Virus record (IMG/VR): IMGVR_UViG_3300045988_070374
Strand: one strand, 5' to 3'
DNA from: a virus
DNA length: 59,351 bases
Position numbers and translations under genes: made by a program. Under the pieces are notes generated by a model. That model was not told the DNA's origin and ran no database searches. It was given only the letters and a program-made list of their open reading frames with translations. Shown here piece after piece: positions 9,042-17,820 of the stretch; within the stretch, counting starts at the first letter, position 1; each line of letters starts with the position of its first letter.

Positions 9042-9553
9042 TCCATTTCTCTCCAAAAGACGCTTATGCGCTTTTTCTGTTCGATTTGTGATAGCCGGAA
9101 GCCCTCTGACTGTCTGCATTTTGTGATGGCAACAATGCGGCTTGCATAGTGCTTTGGACAGCAACGCTTGCCGGGAATTGGCGGTTCGTCACAGTAAGCA
9201 CAAGTGCCAGACGTCCTTCTGTATTCCTTGCTGTTTCTTGCTCTCTTTTGAGCATCCTTTGTTCGGCACTCGATACAAGAACGATAGCCTTTTGACATCG
9301 GACGTTTCAGGCAAATGATGCAAATTCCTTGCGCAACCAGCCTTTTGCGCTTTTCACGTTGTCGCTCATTGCGTTTTTGCAGATACGCAGCTTTTGTTTC
9401 GCCTGAAAGGTTTTCGTATGCTTGCGTGTGCCTTTCGAGGTCTTTTGCCAAACACTCCGCACACGATACTCTGCCCGGCATTGCATCGTTCTGACCGCAA
9501 TGGATGCAAATGTGATGTTCTTTATACATTTGCCGTAACGCTTTGCTGCTCAT
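8993..9553 (-). CDS. cysteine-rich multi-zinc-finger hypothetical protein
   Basis: Three clusters: CIHCGQ...CAEC, CIICLKRP...CIEC, CAYCDEPP...CCPKH. Confidence 0.65.
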   Translation of the reverse strand: MSSKALRQMYKEHHICIHCGQNDAMPGRVSCAECLAKDLERHTQAYENLSGETKAAYLQKRNERQREKRKRLVAQGICIICLKRPMSKGYRSCIECRTKDAQKRARNSKEYRRTSGTCAYCDEPPIPGKRCCPKHYASRIVAITKCRQSEGFRLSQIEQKKRISVFWREMEWERNQRMKQPQWIRP

Positions 9554-9780
9554 TTCACTATTACATGCTCCGTCGCGTAATCGCCATAACAGTTGCACTT
9601 AAGCCATTTGTATTTTGACGAACCTTCCGCAAAATCGAACTTCCATTTTTGGATTCTTTTGATACGTCCACAAACCGTACATCGGACTTTGATTATTTGT
9701 TTGTCTTTGTAAGGCTCAAAGGATATTTCGGTGAGTTCGCATATAAGTTTTCCGTCTTTCGTAAAAAGAAATCCGTTCAT
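9550..9780 (-). CDS. hypothetical protein with CxxC motif
   Basis: VRCTVCGRIKRIQKW; ATGA overlaps on both sides. Confidence 0.6.
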   Translation of the reverse strand: MNGFLFTKDGKLICELTEISFEPYKDKQIIKVRCTVCGRIKRIQKWKFDFAEGSSKYKWLKCNCYGDYATEHVIVK

Positions 9781-10529
9781 TCCTCTTTTACCTCTCTGTA
9801 CTCCACGTCAATCCCTTTCGGCAAAGCCGTCTGGTACTTCTGAGCTAACTGCTCTGCGCTCTGGGCATCACCCAACGGCTGTTCAGGCGGCGCAACGGTG
9901 ACTTCAACGTTGTCACGCATACCAAAGTAGTTCTTGGCTCGGAAAATCCACTCTGCCGGGTTCTCCTGACCGTACATACCGTTGTACGCCCACATGGACT
10001 GCATTTGCAGGATCAGTTTCAGGATGTATTTCTGTTGCAAGCTGTCGTCACGGCGTTTGCCCGCCATAATCTGCTTCAGGCTCACCCATTCGATGCCCAG
10101 CACCAGTGCAATCCATTCGACCACAGGGGATATTCTAGCTTCGATGCAAGCGTCAAAAAAGAAGTCAAGGCGTTGCTGTACTTCAATCGGGTTGTTCATG
10201 TCCACGCTCGGAAGGTCACCAAAATACTTGGCTGCAATCATTCCGATAACCTTCTTGTCCTCTTCATCACCGATTCTTGACTGCAAATCGCCTATGTTCA
10301 GCATCTTAGACCTCGTGATCGCTAACTCTTGCTGTTCTTTCACCTTTTTACTCACCTGTGAGCGGATAGATTTCCGCTTGTTAAGCATCTGTTGTTTCTT
10401 TTTCTCGCGTTCTTTCTCACGCTTCGCAGCGGCTTCTTCTTTCGCCTTTTGCGCCCGCTTTTCACGCTTTTTCTTTTCAGCTTCGGTCAGCGGCGGTCTG
10501 CCACGACCACGCTTCGGGGGTGTTGCCAT
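9777..10529 (-). CDS. terS: terminase small subunit candidate
   Basis: 250 aa; Lys/Arg-rich N-terminus (KRGRGRPPLTEAEKKKREKRAQ) and C-terminal alpha-helical domain similar to long phage small terminases; recalled by family, not searched. Confidence 0.5.
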   Translation of the reverse strand: MATPPKRGRGRPPLTEAEKKKREKRAQKAKEEAAAKREKEREKKKQQMLNKRKSIRSQVSKKVKEQQELAITRSKMLNIGDLQSRIGDEEDKKVIGMIAAKYFGDLPSVDMNNPIEVQQRLDFFFDACIEARISPVVEWIALVLGIEWVSLKQIMAGKRRDDSLQQKYILKLILQMQSMWAYNGMYGQENPAEWIFRAKNYFGMRDNVEVTVAPPEQPLGDAQSAEQLAQKYQTALPKGIDVEYREVKEE

Positions 10530-10532
10530 GTA

Positions 10533-10742
10533 TCAGACCTCCTTCGGTGGCTTTGGGAGCGGCATCCAATGGGTGACATTTTCAAAAGGCCCGCATTCCC
10601 TTGCTTCACACCAATAGCCGCTAGAACAAAAAAATGCAACCCAAATTCCAGCCTTTTTATCGTAAGCGAGAACATAATCGCTCATGTAATCGTCCTTCGG
10701 AACATCAGGAAGTCTATCTTCAACACTAATCCATTCGTTCAC
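10533..10742 (-). CDS. DUF551 protein
   Basis: WISVEDRLPD ... VTHWMPLPKPPKEV. Confidence 0.8.
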   Translation of the reverse strand: MNEWISVEDRLPDVPKDDYMSDYVLAYDKKAGIWVAFFCSSGYWCEARECGPFENVTHWMPLPKPPKEV

Positions 10743-10746
10743 GTTC

Positions 10747-10917
10747 TCACCTCTTCATCTTCATTTCGATGTTGTCCAGTTTCCGTGCAATCCACCAGAC
10801 GGAACAGCAGTTGTCCAACTGCCGCCACCAAGCGCACTTTTCTTTTTCGCAGACGCACCGACCAAGCGGATTGCTAGTCATCTTCATCGGGCAGTAAAGT
10901 TCGTTGTCCATCATCAT
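10747..10917 (-). CDS. small Cys/Trp-rich protein
   Basis: MMMDNELYCPMKMTSNPLGRCVCEKEKCAWW...CCSVWW, read manually. Confidence 0.55.
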   Translation of the reverse strand: MMMDNELYCPMKMTSNPLGRCVCEKEKCAWWRQLDNCCSVWWIARKLDNIEMKMKR

Positions 10918-11091
10918 TTACCTCAACCAAATAATTAGCGCAAATACAGTTGAAAGCACCATACTTGCCAGAATACATACCATTAGCAACCAATCGTCAT
11001 CATGCCAATCTATTCTGGTTGTCATATAGGCAGAAATCATAATCAGTGCAACAAGTGGCAAGCAAAGTGCTTTCAAAATGATGTTCGCCAT
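10918..11091 (-). CDS. small membrane protein
   Basis: Two hydrophobic segments. Confidence 0.5.
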   Translation of the reverse strand: MANIILKALCLPLVALIMISAYMTTRIDWHDDDWLLMVCILASMVLSTVFALIIWLR

Positions 11092-11093
11092 TT

Positions 11094-11276
11094 TTATTTC
11101 CACCCCATCACAACAGCCGTACAAACGGCTAGACACACGTTGACGAACAGCCAGACAAGCATTGCCTGACGCTCTTCAAACAGGTCGTCTGCCATGTTTT
11201 TGATTGTCCGTTCGGACTGAACCACTACCGCCAGCAGGACTAGGCAGACCAGCCAACGGGTTACAAATTCAAACAT
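11094..11276 (-). CDS. small membrane protein
   Basis: Two hydrophobic segments. Confidence 0.55.
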   Translation of the reverse strand: MFEFVTRWLVCLVLLAVVVQSERTIKNMADDLFEERQAMLVWLFVNVCLAVCTAVVMGWK

Positions 11277-12159
11277 TGTTATCCTCCATCAAATCGTCCA
11301 TGCTTAACTGACCACTGACGTTGTCATCTTCCATCCACCAGCGGAACACGTCCATGCCGGTCTGCCAGTCGCACGGCAAACCTTTTGATTTTCTGACATC
11401 AAGCATTCGTTCAAACGCTGAAATGTACATTTTTTCGTAGGCAGGCCAGCGCACAAACTCGCGCTGTCTGCCCCCCCTACCGGCCATTGGACAACCGATG
11501 CAACCAACACGCTTCTGCCCTTCGCAATACAACGGATTGATAGGCAAGTGTTCGCTGTGCGTGTAGTCCCACACATCATCGTCAGACCAGTCCACAATAG
11601 GATTGACAGTCATCTTGCCTTTAAGGTTGCAGGTCTCGAACAGTTGCCGTTTTTCATCGTTGTCGCCCATAAGAATGATGCGTTTTTCCTTGTCACGATG
11701 GCTAAACTCCATCGTCCCACGGTTTTTCTTTCTGTTTGTTGATTCAGCCCAGCGAACGCCGGTAGCGATAAATCTATCGCGGCCAGTATTTTCTTTGAGA
11801 ACGGCACAGCAATACCGCACAAGTCTTGTCGGCGGCATCAGCTTTTGCGGAATCAGCGTCCACATGGACACGGGTTTGTCCTTGTATCGTGGCATGACGA
11901 TGGAGCATTTGATTCCACGTTGTTCCATCGCCTTGAACTGCTCACGGATGAAATAGACCGTCTCCGGCGCATCTGCTGTGGTATGGCTGTTGACCACCTC
12001 GAAGTTGATTCCTGCACGTTCAGCCAGAGCCACAAGCACCTGTGAATCCTTGCCGCCAGAGTATGTGACCATGAGCGGTTTCTTGTACCGATGCTCGGAT
12101 AGCCGTGCAGCGTCCTGCAACCGTGCAATGGCAAGCTGTTCCTTATCCATCAGCTCCAC
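11269..12159 (-). CDS. phosphoadenosine phosphosulfate (PAPS) reductase-family protein
   Basis: PP-loop MVTYSGGKDSQVLVALA; RYCCAVLKE; C-terminal CEGQKRVGCIGCPMAG. Confidence 0.9.
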   Translation of the reverse strand: MELMDKEQLAIARLQDAARLSEHRYKKPLMVTYSGGKDSQVLVALAERAGINFEVVNSHTTADAPETVYFIREQFKAMEQRGIKCSIVMPRYKDKPVSMWTLIPQKLMPPTRLVRYCCAVLKENTGRDRFIATGVRWAESTNRKKNRGTMEFSHRDKEKRIILMGDNDEKRQLFETCNLKGKMTVNPIVDWSDDDVWDYTHSEHLPINPLYCEGQKRVGCIGCPMAGRGGRQREFVRWPAYEKMYISAFERMLDVRKSKGLPCDWQTGMDVFRWWMEDDNVSGQLSMDDLMEDNNV

Positions 12160-12473
12160 CTTTCTCTCAGCTCTTTTTCGACCTGTTCTGACTTTGCGGT
12201 AATGTAATCCGCAAACTCATCAGGGGTCATGTCCTCTTCTTTGAACTTGCCAACCATCTCCCAGTACCTGTCGCCAATGCGGATGATTTTCTGCACCTGT
12301 TCATCGGTCAGGTCTGCATCACACCGAAGGTTTTGAATTAGTGCGCCCCATGTAGCAGTGATGCCATCCAGAGCCATACGAAAGCCGTACAACTGGTTCT
12401 GCCTGACGATTTTGCGGAGGTTGGTTGACATCGCCTGTTTGCCAGAAGAGGGACGGTTTCTGCGCTTATTCAT
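12150..12473 (-). CDS. hypothetical protein
   Basis: ORF with internal start giving short overlaps. Confidence 0.5.
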   Translation of the reverse strand: MNKRRNRPSSGKQAMSTNLRKIVRQNQLYGFRMALDGITATWGALIQNLRCDADLTDEQVQKIIRIGDRYWEMVGKFKEEDMTPDEFADYITAKSEQVEKELRERWS

Positions 12474-12774
12474 CTGACTGCTCCTTGTCTTGAAGGCGAT
12501 GGAGCCAACGGTAGTATTTTTCGCTTGCAATAATTCCAATTCGCTCATACGCTTTTCTGTCATCCAAAAAATCAAGAGTGACCATGCACACTATAACGTC
12601 TGCATATTCCTCTTCAAACGCCTTTCGGCATTCCTCCACGCTCTTCGGTGTCGGGTTCGTTCCGTCCAGCGCCCGGCGCAGCTTCAACGAAGCCTGTGCT
12701 AGTTCAGATGCTTCTTCTGCCAACTGCGCCAAGATTTCTGTCTTGGGCAGAATGTCTGAAACTTTTTTACTCAC
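12466..12774 (-). CDS. MazG-like nucleotide pyrophosphohydrolase candidate
   Basis: LAQLAEEASELAQASLKLRRAL ... FEEEYADVIVCM; EExxE...ExxD pattern. Confidence 0.75.
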   Translation of the reverse strand: MSKKVSDILPKTEILAQLAEEASELAQASLKLRRALDGTNPTPKSVEECRKAFEEEYADVIVCMVTLDFLDDRKAYERIGIIASEKYYRWLHRLQDKEQSDE

Positions 12775-12979
12775 TTTTTTCTCCTTTCAGCCAGTCGTTC
12801 AGCTTTGCCATGCAAGAGGGGCAAAGAAAAAACGGGTCATTTGAATAGATAAAAATTTTCCTATTTTTCTTTGTAATGCACCTGCAAATAGAATTGTTTT
12901 CTACTTTTTGTGTCCGCTCACTTATGGAGAACTCTGGATATTCAAATGTTTCACCGCATCTATCGCATACCATTATCAT
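12767..12979 (-). CDS. small zinc-binding hypothetical protein
   Basis: VCDRCGETFEYPEF ... FLCPSCMAKLNDWLKG. Confidence 0.6.
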   Translation of the reverse strand: MIMVCDRCGETFEYPEFSISERTQKVENNSICRCITKKNRKIFIYSNDPFFLCPSCMAKLNDWLKGEKSE

Positions 12980-13496
12980 TCTCTTTCTCCAATCTCTTTA
13001 GTAGCCCGTCCACGTCATACCGCCAATGAACACGTAGCCTTTTTGCTTTGACCTCTATCCCCTCTTGCTCTGCCCACTTCCAGGGGATGCTCTTTCGGCT
13101 CTCGTTGTAACGGAACGCCAGAACCTTGCTGACAGGGATTGCAAAGGTGCGGCTGACTGCCCTGTAATTGACTATCACATGGGCGGTCTGGCCGCTATAC
13201 CCCATCGCTTCCACCATGTCGGTGATGTGCTTTTCTTTGCGGTATTTGCACTTTGCCTTGTCGTATTTGCCGAATATCTTTTCCAAAGGGATAGAGGGCG
13301 TTTCGATGGTTTTCAGTTCAAACAGGTGGTTCATCGGGTATCGGTAAACAAGGAAATCGCAGATGTTGTCGATGGAAAAGGATAAGTTCTCGTTGCCGCC
13401 GTAGTAGGTGGCAGCACTGTCTTTCAGGCGGTAGCACCACGCATCGGATGGGACGGATGCCTTGAAGTCTGCTTCAAACTGTTTGCCGGTGTTCAT
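12960..13496 (-). CDS. RecU-like Holliday junction resolvase / PDDEXK nuclease
   Basis: NTGKQFEADFKASVP ... NICDFLVYRYPMNHLFELKTIETPSIPL; D-x(n)-ExK core. Confidence 0.75.
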   Translation of the reverse strand: MNTGKQFEADFKASVPSDAWCYRLKDSAATYYGGNENLSFSIDNICDFLVYRYPMNHLFELKTIETPSIPLEKIFGKYDKAKCKYRKEKHITDMVEAMGYSGQTAHVIVNYRAVSRTFAIPVSKVLAFRYNESRKSIPWKWAEQEGIEVKAKRLRVHWRYDVDGLLKRLEKENDNGMR

Positions 13497-13840
13497 TCAT
13501 CATCCTCCGACAATGCAGGAATCGGCATCCAATACTTCACTACACCACGTTTGTCCTCTTCATCCCACTTGCCGTTCTTAAACTCTCTTGTTGAAACGCA
13601 ACCATCCCAATTCCAAAATTTGTAAGCAACGAAATATATTCCATCTTTTGTTGGCGGTGAATCTTTTGCGCTAATCCATTTCTGTTTCGGCGTTACTGTT
13701 GGTAATTCATTCAAATGATTTAGTTCGCTTTTCCATGCTTCTAAAGACGGAAATCGGATTCCTGCCTCATCCTGCCTTGCAAGGTTAATAAGCCCGGATA
13801 GGTATATTTCCAGCGGTTCAACATCAACAAGTCTGCTCAT
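13493..13840 (-). CDS. hypothetical protein with C-terminal DUF551-like domain
   Basis: WISAKDSPPTKDGIYFVAY ... VVKYWMPIPA. Confidence 0.6.
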   Translation of the reverse strand: MSRLVDVEPLEIYLSGLINLARQDEAGIRFPSLEAWKSELNHLNELPTVTPKQKWISAKDSPPTKDGIYFVAYKFWNWDGCVSTREFKNGKWDEEDKRGVVKYWMPIPALSEDDE

Positions 13841-13858
13841 CCTCTTTCACCTCTAAAT

Positions 13859-14134
13859 TCACGGAATATAAGTTGCCTTGTCAGCAGGTTTTTCCATTTC
13901 CTTCATGATTTGCTTGTGTTCTTCAATAGTCATGTTGTTCGGGAGGAAACACCTGTCAACCATTTCAAACGGCTTAATATAATGGTCAAGAACGTCTCTT
14001 GCTTCTTCTCGTGCCTTTTCGGCGCACATTTCGATGTAATCATCTTCTGTCATGTTGTAATCGGTAATGCAATCGACCACCGAAGAAAACCGGCACAGCA
14101 GACCATTAGGTTGTCTTGCAATGAAAGCTCCCAT
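13859..14134 (-). CDS. hypothetical protein
   Basis: 91-aa ORF. Confidence 0.6.
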   Translation of the reverse strand: MGAFIARQPNGLLCRFSSVVDCITDYNMTEDDYIEMCAEKAREEARDVLDHYIKPFEMVDRCFLPNNMTIEEHKQIMKEMEKPADKATYIP

Positions 14135-14350
14135 TTATCGTTCACCTCTAAATTCACTTCCGAGAAACCGTTTCTTGCCCTTTTCTCGGTGCTTATCCTC
14201 ATAATCACGGTGGTACACGCTCTGGCTGTGGTTCAGCTCATACACGAAAGCCTTGCGTTCCTCGAAGTCTTTCTTCTCTGCCTTGTACTTTTCGCAGGTG
14301 TCGTGGCAAGCTTTGTGGCGTGATGTGCAATCTTTGCAACAGGTAATCAT
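14135..14350 (-). CDS. Cys-rich hypothetical protein
   Basis: MITCCKDCTSRHKACHDTCEKY. Confidence 0.6.
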   Translation of the reverse strand: MITCCKDCTSRHKACHDTCEKYKAEKKDFEERKAFVYELNHSQSVYHRDYEDKHREKGKKRFLGSEFRGER

Positions 14351-15888
14351 TCTTCGCCGAATCTCCTTTTTGTTACAGCCATCGGGAACTCTTCGATTTC
14401 ACTTGCCCACCGGGCGGTTCCATCGCCGTATGCTCTTTGCCAAACAAGAGGGAAACCGCCCAGGCCATCAAACAGGCTACCTAGTGTAGGCTTTTCTTTC
14501 AGGTAAGGGCGCATCTTCTGTACCAACCAGAACCACTGCGGCAGGGCTATGGAGTTGCCAAGAGCCTTGTACCGTGGGCTGTCAGCGTATTTGTGCTTCT
14601 TTCCTTTGCTATCCGTCCAGTCACCAATGTCGGTGTATCCGTCCGGGTAGCCTTGTAACCGTTCGCACTCAACAGGGGTCAAGCGGCGAACAATCCAGCG
14701 GATGGCTTTCTCTGCGATCAGGCATTCGCTGCCATTGCCGATGTTCCCCGCTTTTGCTTTCAAGGTTGAGCATTTGTCGCTTTCTTTGTAACTGCTGAAC
14801 GACTGTTCGTTGAAGGTCTTTCGTTCGATAGCGATAGCCGTGTAATCTGTGATTCTGTTTTCGTGGTCGCCTGTTATGGTTGGACAAGTTCTGCCGTCAC
14901 CATTTCCACGCGCATCAAAGACCTTATACGCTACTGCTGGACGGTCAACAGTGTTCAGCGTGTAGCTCTGGTTTTCCTTCACGCCGGAACCATTTGCGCC
15001 GGCCGTTTCAGAACGATCAATAATGTTTCCGGCAATGCAATAACACACGCCGTGTTCATGATTTGCCTGCAACGTATATGCTGGGTCACCATCTTCGCCA
15101 ATCCCAAGCCCAGTGCGCTCTCCCATGGAAATATACCGTGTCGCTATCTGTGTATTTATTGGGATTGCTTCCGTTACACGAACCGGTTGAAACACAGTTT
15201 GGTCTTGCAACGTTGAAAGTGTTCCCACTTTTTCCGTCTGTACCAATGCTCCCTTTCCGCCGCCAGCACATCCACCTCTAATTTTCAGCGTGTAGGCGTT
15301 TTGCCCCACCACTCGATCATTTCCAGCAGTGCCATTTGCAGCAAGTCCGGCAACTTCTTTCCACGCCTTGATGCACGAGTCATGATTCCTTGACACGCCC
15401 GTGCGCTCAAATAGTATTTCTGCGGCACGTTGACCTCCAAAATCTGCGACAAGAGCGATACGCTTTCTTCTTTGGGGGACTCCCCAATATTGAGCGTCAA
15501 GCTGTCGCCAAGACAGAGACCATCCGTTTCCTGCAATTGCTCCGGCTTTGTTCCATCTGCCCCCCTTCGGAGGTCTAGGAATTGAAGCGTCTGGTTGTTC
15601 CACGCGGGCAAGTTCTTCCAGCACGGCTCTGAAATCTTCTCCTCCGTTGGAGCTGAATGCTCCGGGTACGTTTTCCCAAACAGCGAAAGTTGGATACAGT
15701 CCATTTGTGCTTGACCTCATTTCTTTTATGATTCGAACCGCTTCCATGAACAGCCCTGAGCGTTCTCCGGCAAGTCCCGCCCTGCGTCCAGCAATGGACA
15801 AATCCTGACATGGGCTTCCGAACGTGATGCAGTCCACAGGCTCTATCTTGTCGCCGTGAATCTTTGTGATGTCGCCCAAGTGCTTCAT
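14347..15888 (-). CDS. C5-cytosine DNA methyltransferase, circularly permuted motif order
   Basis: N-terminal motif IV FGSPCQDLS, VI ENVPG, VIII QLDAQYWGVPQRRKRIALV, IX RRLTPVECERLQGYPDG, X RYKALGNSIALP, then motif I LGSLFDGLGGFPLVW at the C-terminus. Confidence 0.93.
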   Translation of the reverse strand: MKHLGDITKIHGDKIEPVDCITFGSPCQDLSIAGRRAGLAGERSGLFMEAVRIIKEMRSSTNGLYPTFAVWENVPGAFSSNGGEDFRAVLEELARVEQPDASIPRPPKGGRWNKAGAIAGNGWSLSWRQLDAQYWGVPQRRKRIALVADFGGQRAAEILFERTGVSRNHDSCIKAWKEVAGLAANGTAGNDRVVGQNAYTLKIRGGCAGGGKGALVQTEKVGTLSTLQDQTVFQPVRVTEAIPINTQIATRYISMGERTGLGIGEDGDPAYTLQANHEHGVCYCIAGNIIDRSETAGANGSGVKENQSYTLNTVDRPAVAYKVFDARGNGDGRTCPTITGDHENRITDYTAIAIERKTFNEQSFSSYKESDKCSTLKAKAGNIGNGSECLIAEKAIRWIVRRLTPVECERLQGYPDGYTDIGDWTDSKGKKHKYADSPRYKALGNSIALPQWFWLVQKMRPYLKEKPTLGSLFDGLGGFPLVWQRAYGDGTARWASEIEEFPMAVTKRRFGEE

Positions 15889-15955
15889 TTTTCCAAACGC
15901 CCGTCCAGCCAGATAGCGCAGCTCTTATATAAGGTAGGCGGTCAGGGTTTATGTC

Positions 15956-16372
15956 CTAAAAGGGCAAATCCGATGAATCGTCAATCACAGAGAAGTCATC
16001 TGCGTTGCCCTGCGAATAGTTCTGTGGTGCATCCTGCGCCCGATCAGCGGGCTTGCTGTCCGATTTGCCACCGCAGAAGTCAACCTTGTTCGCCATGATT
16101 TCCGTTGCGGTGCGGTTGTTCCCCTGCTTGTCGGTATACTTCCGGGTCTGGATGCTACCAGTCACCAGAATCAGGCTGCCCTTCTGGAACCACTTGGAAA
16201 CGAACAGCGCCGTATTACCAAATGCAGTGCAGTTGAAGAAGTCGGTTTCCTTCTGACCGCCACTCTGACGGTCACAAGCAATGCTGAACGTGCAAACATC
16301 CTTGCCGGACTTCGTAACCTTAGCTTCTGGCGTGTGAACCAGACGACCCTGAATTGCGATAGAGTTGAGCAT
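15956..16372 (-). CDS. ssb: single-stranded DNA-binding protein
   Basis: MLNSIAIQGRLVHTPEAKVTKSGKDVCTFSIACDRQ ... FFNCTAFGNTALFVSKWFQKGSLILVTGSIQTRKYTDKQG; acidic tail DDSSDLPF. Confidence 0.95.
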   Translation of the reverse strand: MLNSIAIQGRLVHTPEAKVTKSGKDVCTFSIACDRQSGGQKETDFFNCTAFGNTALFVSKWFQKGSLILVTGSIQTRKYTDKQGNNRTATEIMANKVDFCGGKSDSKPADRAQDAPQNYSQGNADDFSVIDDSSDLPF

Positions 16373-16375
16373 TGT

Positions 16376-16984
16376 TTAGCCCTCCTTTGGCTGTTTCTGA
16401 GCGCATTCCCAACACAGGACGCGTCCAAAGCGTTTCTTTGTGTTTCTTGCAGTTTCCAGCGGAGTGACGGTGCGGTTGTTGTACTGAATAGGCTGCAACT
16501 GCTTTCCGCAGCAAGCGCATGGGGGGATGGTTTCCGCTTCCGTTTGCTTCTGCGCATGCTTGTTTGCCCTGCTTGTGGTCCGCTTCTGGTACTCGTCCGT
16601 GTCAGCGTCCTTCGTATCGTCAATGCAGAACAAACCGTTCAGAGCGTACTTTCTAGCGTAGCTACTTGCAGTGCCGGTAATCTGCGAATCGTCCATGCCC
16701 TTCTTGAACTCAGGCTCACGAGCGTATGCAGTCACCGTATAGGTGGCACCATCCTGCGATTCAACCGTTGCAGTGGCTTCGATATAATGCCAGCTATCAA
16801 CGATAACAGGCTTGTCGGAAAGCCGCAGCACAAGGCTATGCGCTTTCAAGATGGGCTTGACCGCTTCGAGAATGTCCTCGCACGAGCGGTACTTGTATCC
16901 ACCGAATTTGTTCATCTGCCCCTTGGGGGCTTTCAACTCTGACTGAACAGCCATCAGAGCTTCATGGATTTTGCTGTTGTCCAT
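16376..16984 (-). CDS. erf: ERF-family single-strand annealing recombinase
   Basis: KIHEALMAVQSELKAPKGQMNKFGGYKYRSCEDILEAVKPIL ... GSYARKYALNGLFCIDD. Confidence 0.9.
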   Translation of the reverse strand: MDNSKIHEALMAVQSELKAPKGQMNKFGGYKYRSCEDILEAVKPILKAHSLVLRLSDKPVIVDSWHYIEATATVESQDGATYTVTAYAREPEFKKGMDDSQITGTASSYARKYALNGLFCIDDTKDADTDEYQKRTTSRANKHAQKQTEAETIPPCACCGKQLQPIQYNNRTVTPLETARNTKKRFGRVLCWECAQKQPKEG

Positions 16985-17394
16985 CAGTTGTTCTCCTTCC
17001 TCGCTTCTTTTCTCGCTTTACGGCAAGCCGGGCAACGCTTAGGCAATGCCATGTTATGCGATTCGAAGAAAATGCGTTCTGCACGAGTAATCTCGAACAT
17101 TTTGCCGCAGTCACGGCACGTTTTCTCTATGCTCGTGTCCCAGTCCCAGGAAGCTCTTCTTGCGGCATCTTCGACAGCAAACGCTTCTTTGATTTCGTCA
17201 TAAGGACTCCTAACAAGCGTATGCTGCGGTGCGTGACCGTTCCTGCGGAGCGTTTCTTCTAAGTTGTTCCTTTTGCAGTTTGCGCAAAGAGTTTCGGTGC
17301 TGTTCGGAAACACTGAAAACGGCTTATTGCACTTTTCGCAGTGCTTGATTTCTTTCTTGTATTTGCCCATTTTCTTTCCTTTCTTCGGCTTCAT
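16984..17394 (-). CDS. zinc-ribbon hypothetical protein
   Basis: CEKCNKPFSVFPNSTETLCANCKR ... CRDCGKMFEITRAERIFFESHNMALPKRCPACRKAR. Confidence 0.7.
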   Translation of the reverse strand: MKPKKGKKMGKYKKEIKHCEKCNKPFSVFPNSTETLCANCKRNNLEETLRRNGHAPQHTLVRSPYDEIKEAFAVEDAARRASWDWDTSIEKTCRDCGKMFEITRAERIFFESHNMALPKRCPACRKARKEARKENN

Positions 17395-17438
17395 TAGGCT
17401 TTATTGTTCTTACTTTGGCTTAATATGGCTGTACAAAG

Positions 17439-17624
17439 TCAGCCAGCCATCAGTTGTGCCAACTGCGCACGGAGGTCTTTCAGCTCCGCTTCCCTGTCGT
17501 CAATTTCAGACTGCAAGTCCTTAATCTCAGCCAGCCGGTCAGCTTCTTTTGCTTCTGCTTCCTGCTCACGGGTCAGGAAATACACGCCGTCCTCCGGCTC
17601 GTTTATTCCTCCGAATCTGTCAAG
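17439..17624 (-). CDS. hypothetical coiled-coil protein
   Basis: MINLDRFGGINEPEDGVYFLTREQEAEAKEADRL... Confidence 0.55.
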   Translation of the reverse strand, partial: LDRFGGINEPEDGVYFLTREQEAEAKEADRLAEIKDLQSEIDDREAELKDLRAQLAQLMAG

Positions 17625-17625
17625 G

Positions 17626-17820
17626 TTAATCATCTTTTGGTCTCCCTCTCTTACGTTCTTCTTTGATTTGCAACGCACTGTACCACTGGTCTTTGTCAAT
17701 TTCGATGGTAGACCACCGGTGGTTACAGACAAGGCACTTTTTCCTGCGAACGATGCTATCGTGGTCAGACCGACTGTCAACCGTTGTAATGTTGTCGCTA
17801 CCGCACATCGGGCATTTCAT
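17626..17820 (-). CDS. NrdR-like zinc-ribbon small protein
   Basis: MKCPMCGSDNITTVDSRS...RRKKCLVCNHRWSTIEI. Confidence 0.65.
   Translation of the reverse strand: MKCPMCGSDNITTVDSRSDHDSIVRRKKCLVCNHRWSTIEIDKDQWYSALQIKEERKRGRPKDD

Noticed and set aside
11269-12159. Complete Dnd/Ssp phosphorothioation system
   Set aside because: Only one PAPS-reductase-like gene; no DndB, DndD, DndE, IscS or SspB-like neighbours visible.
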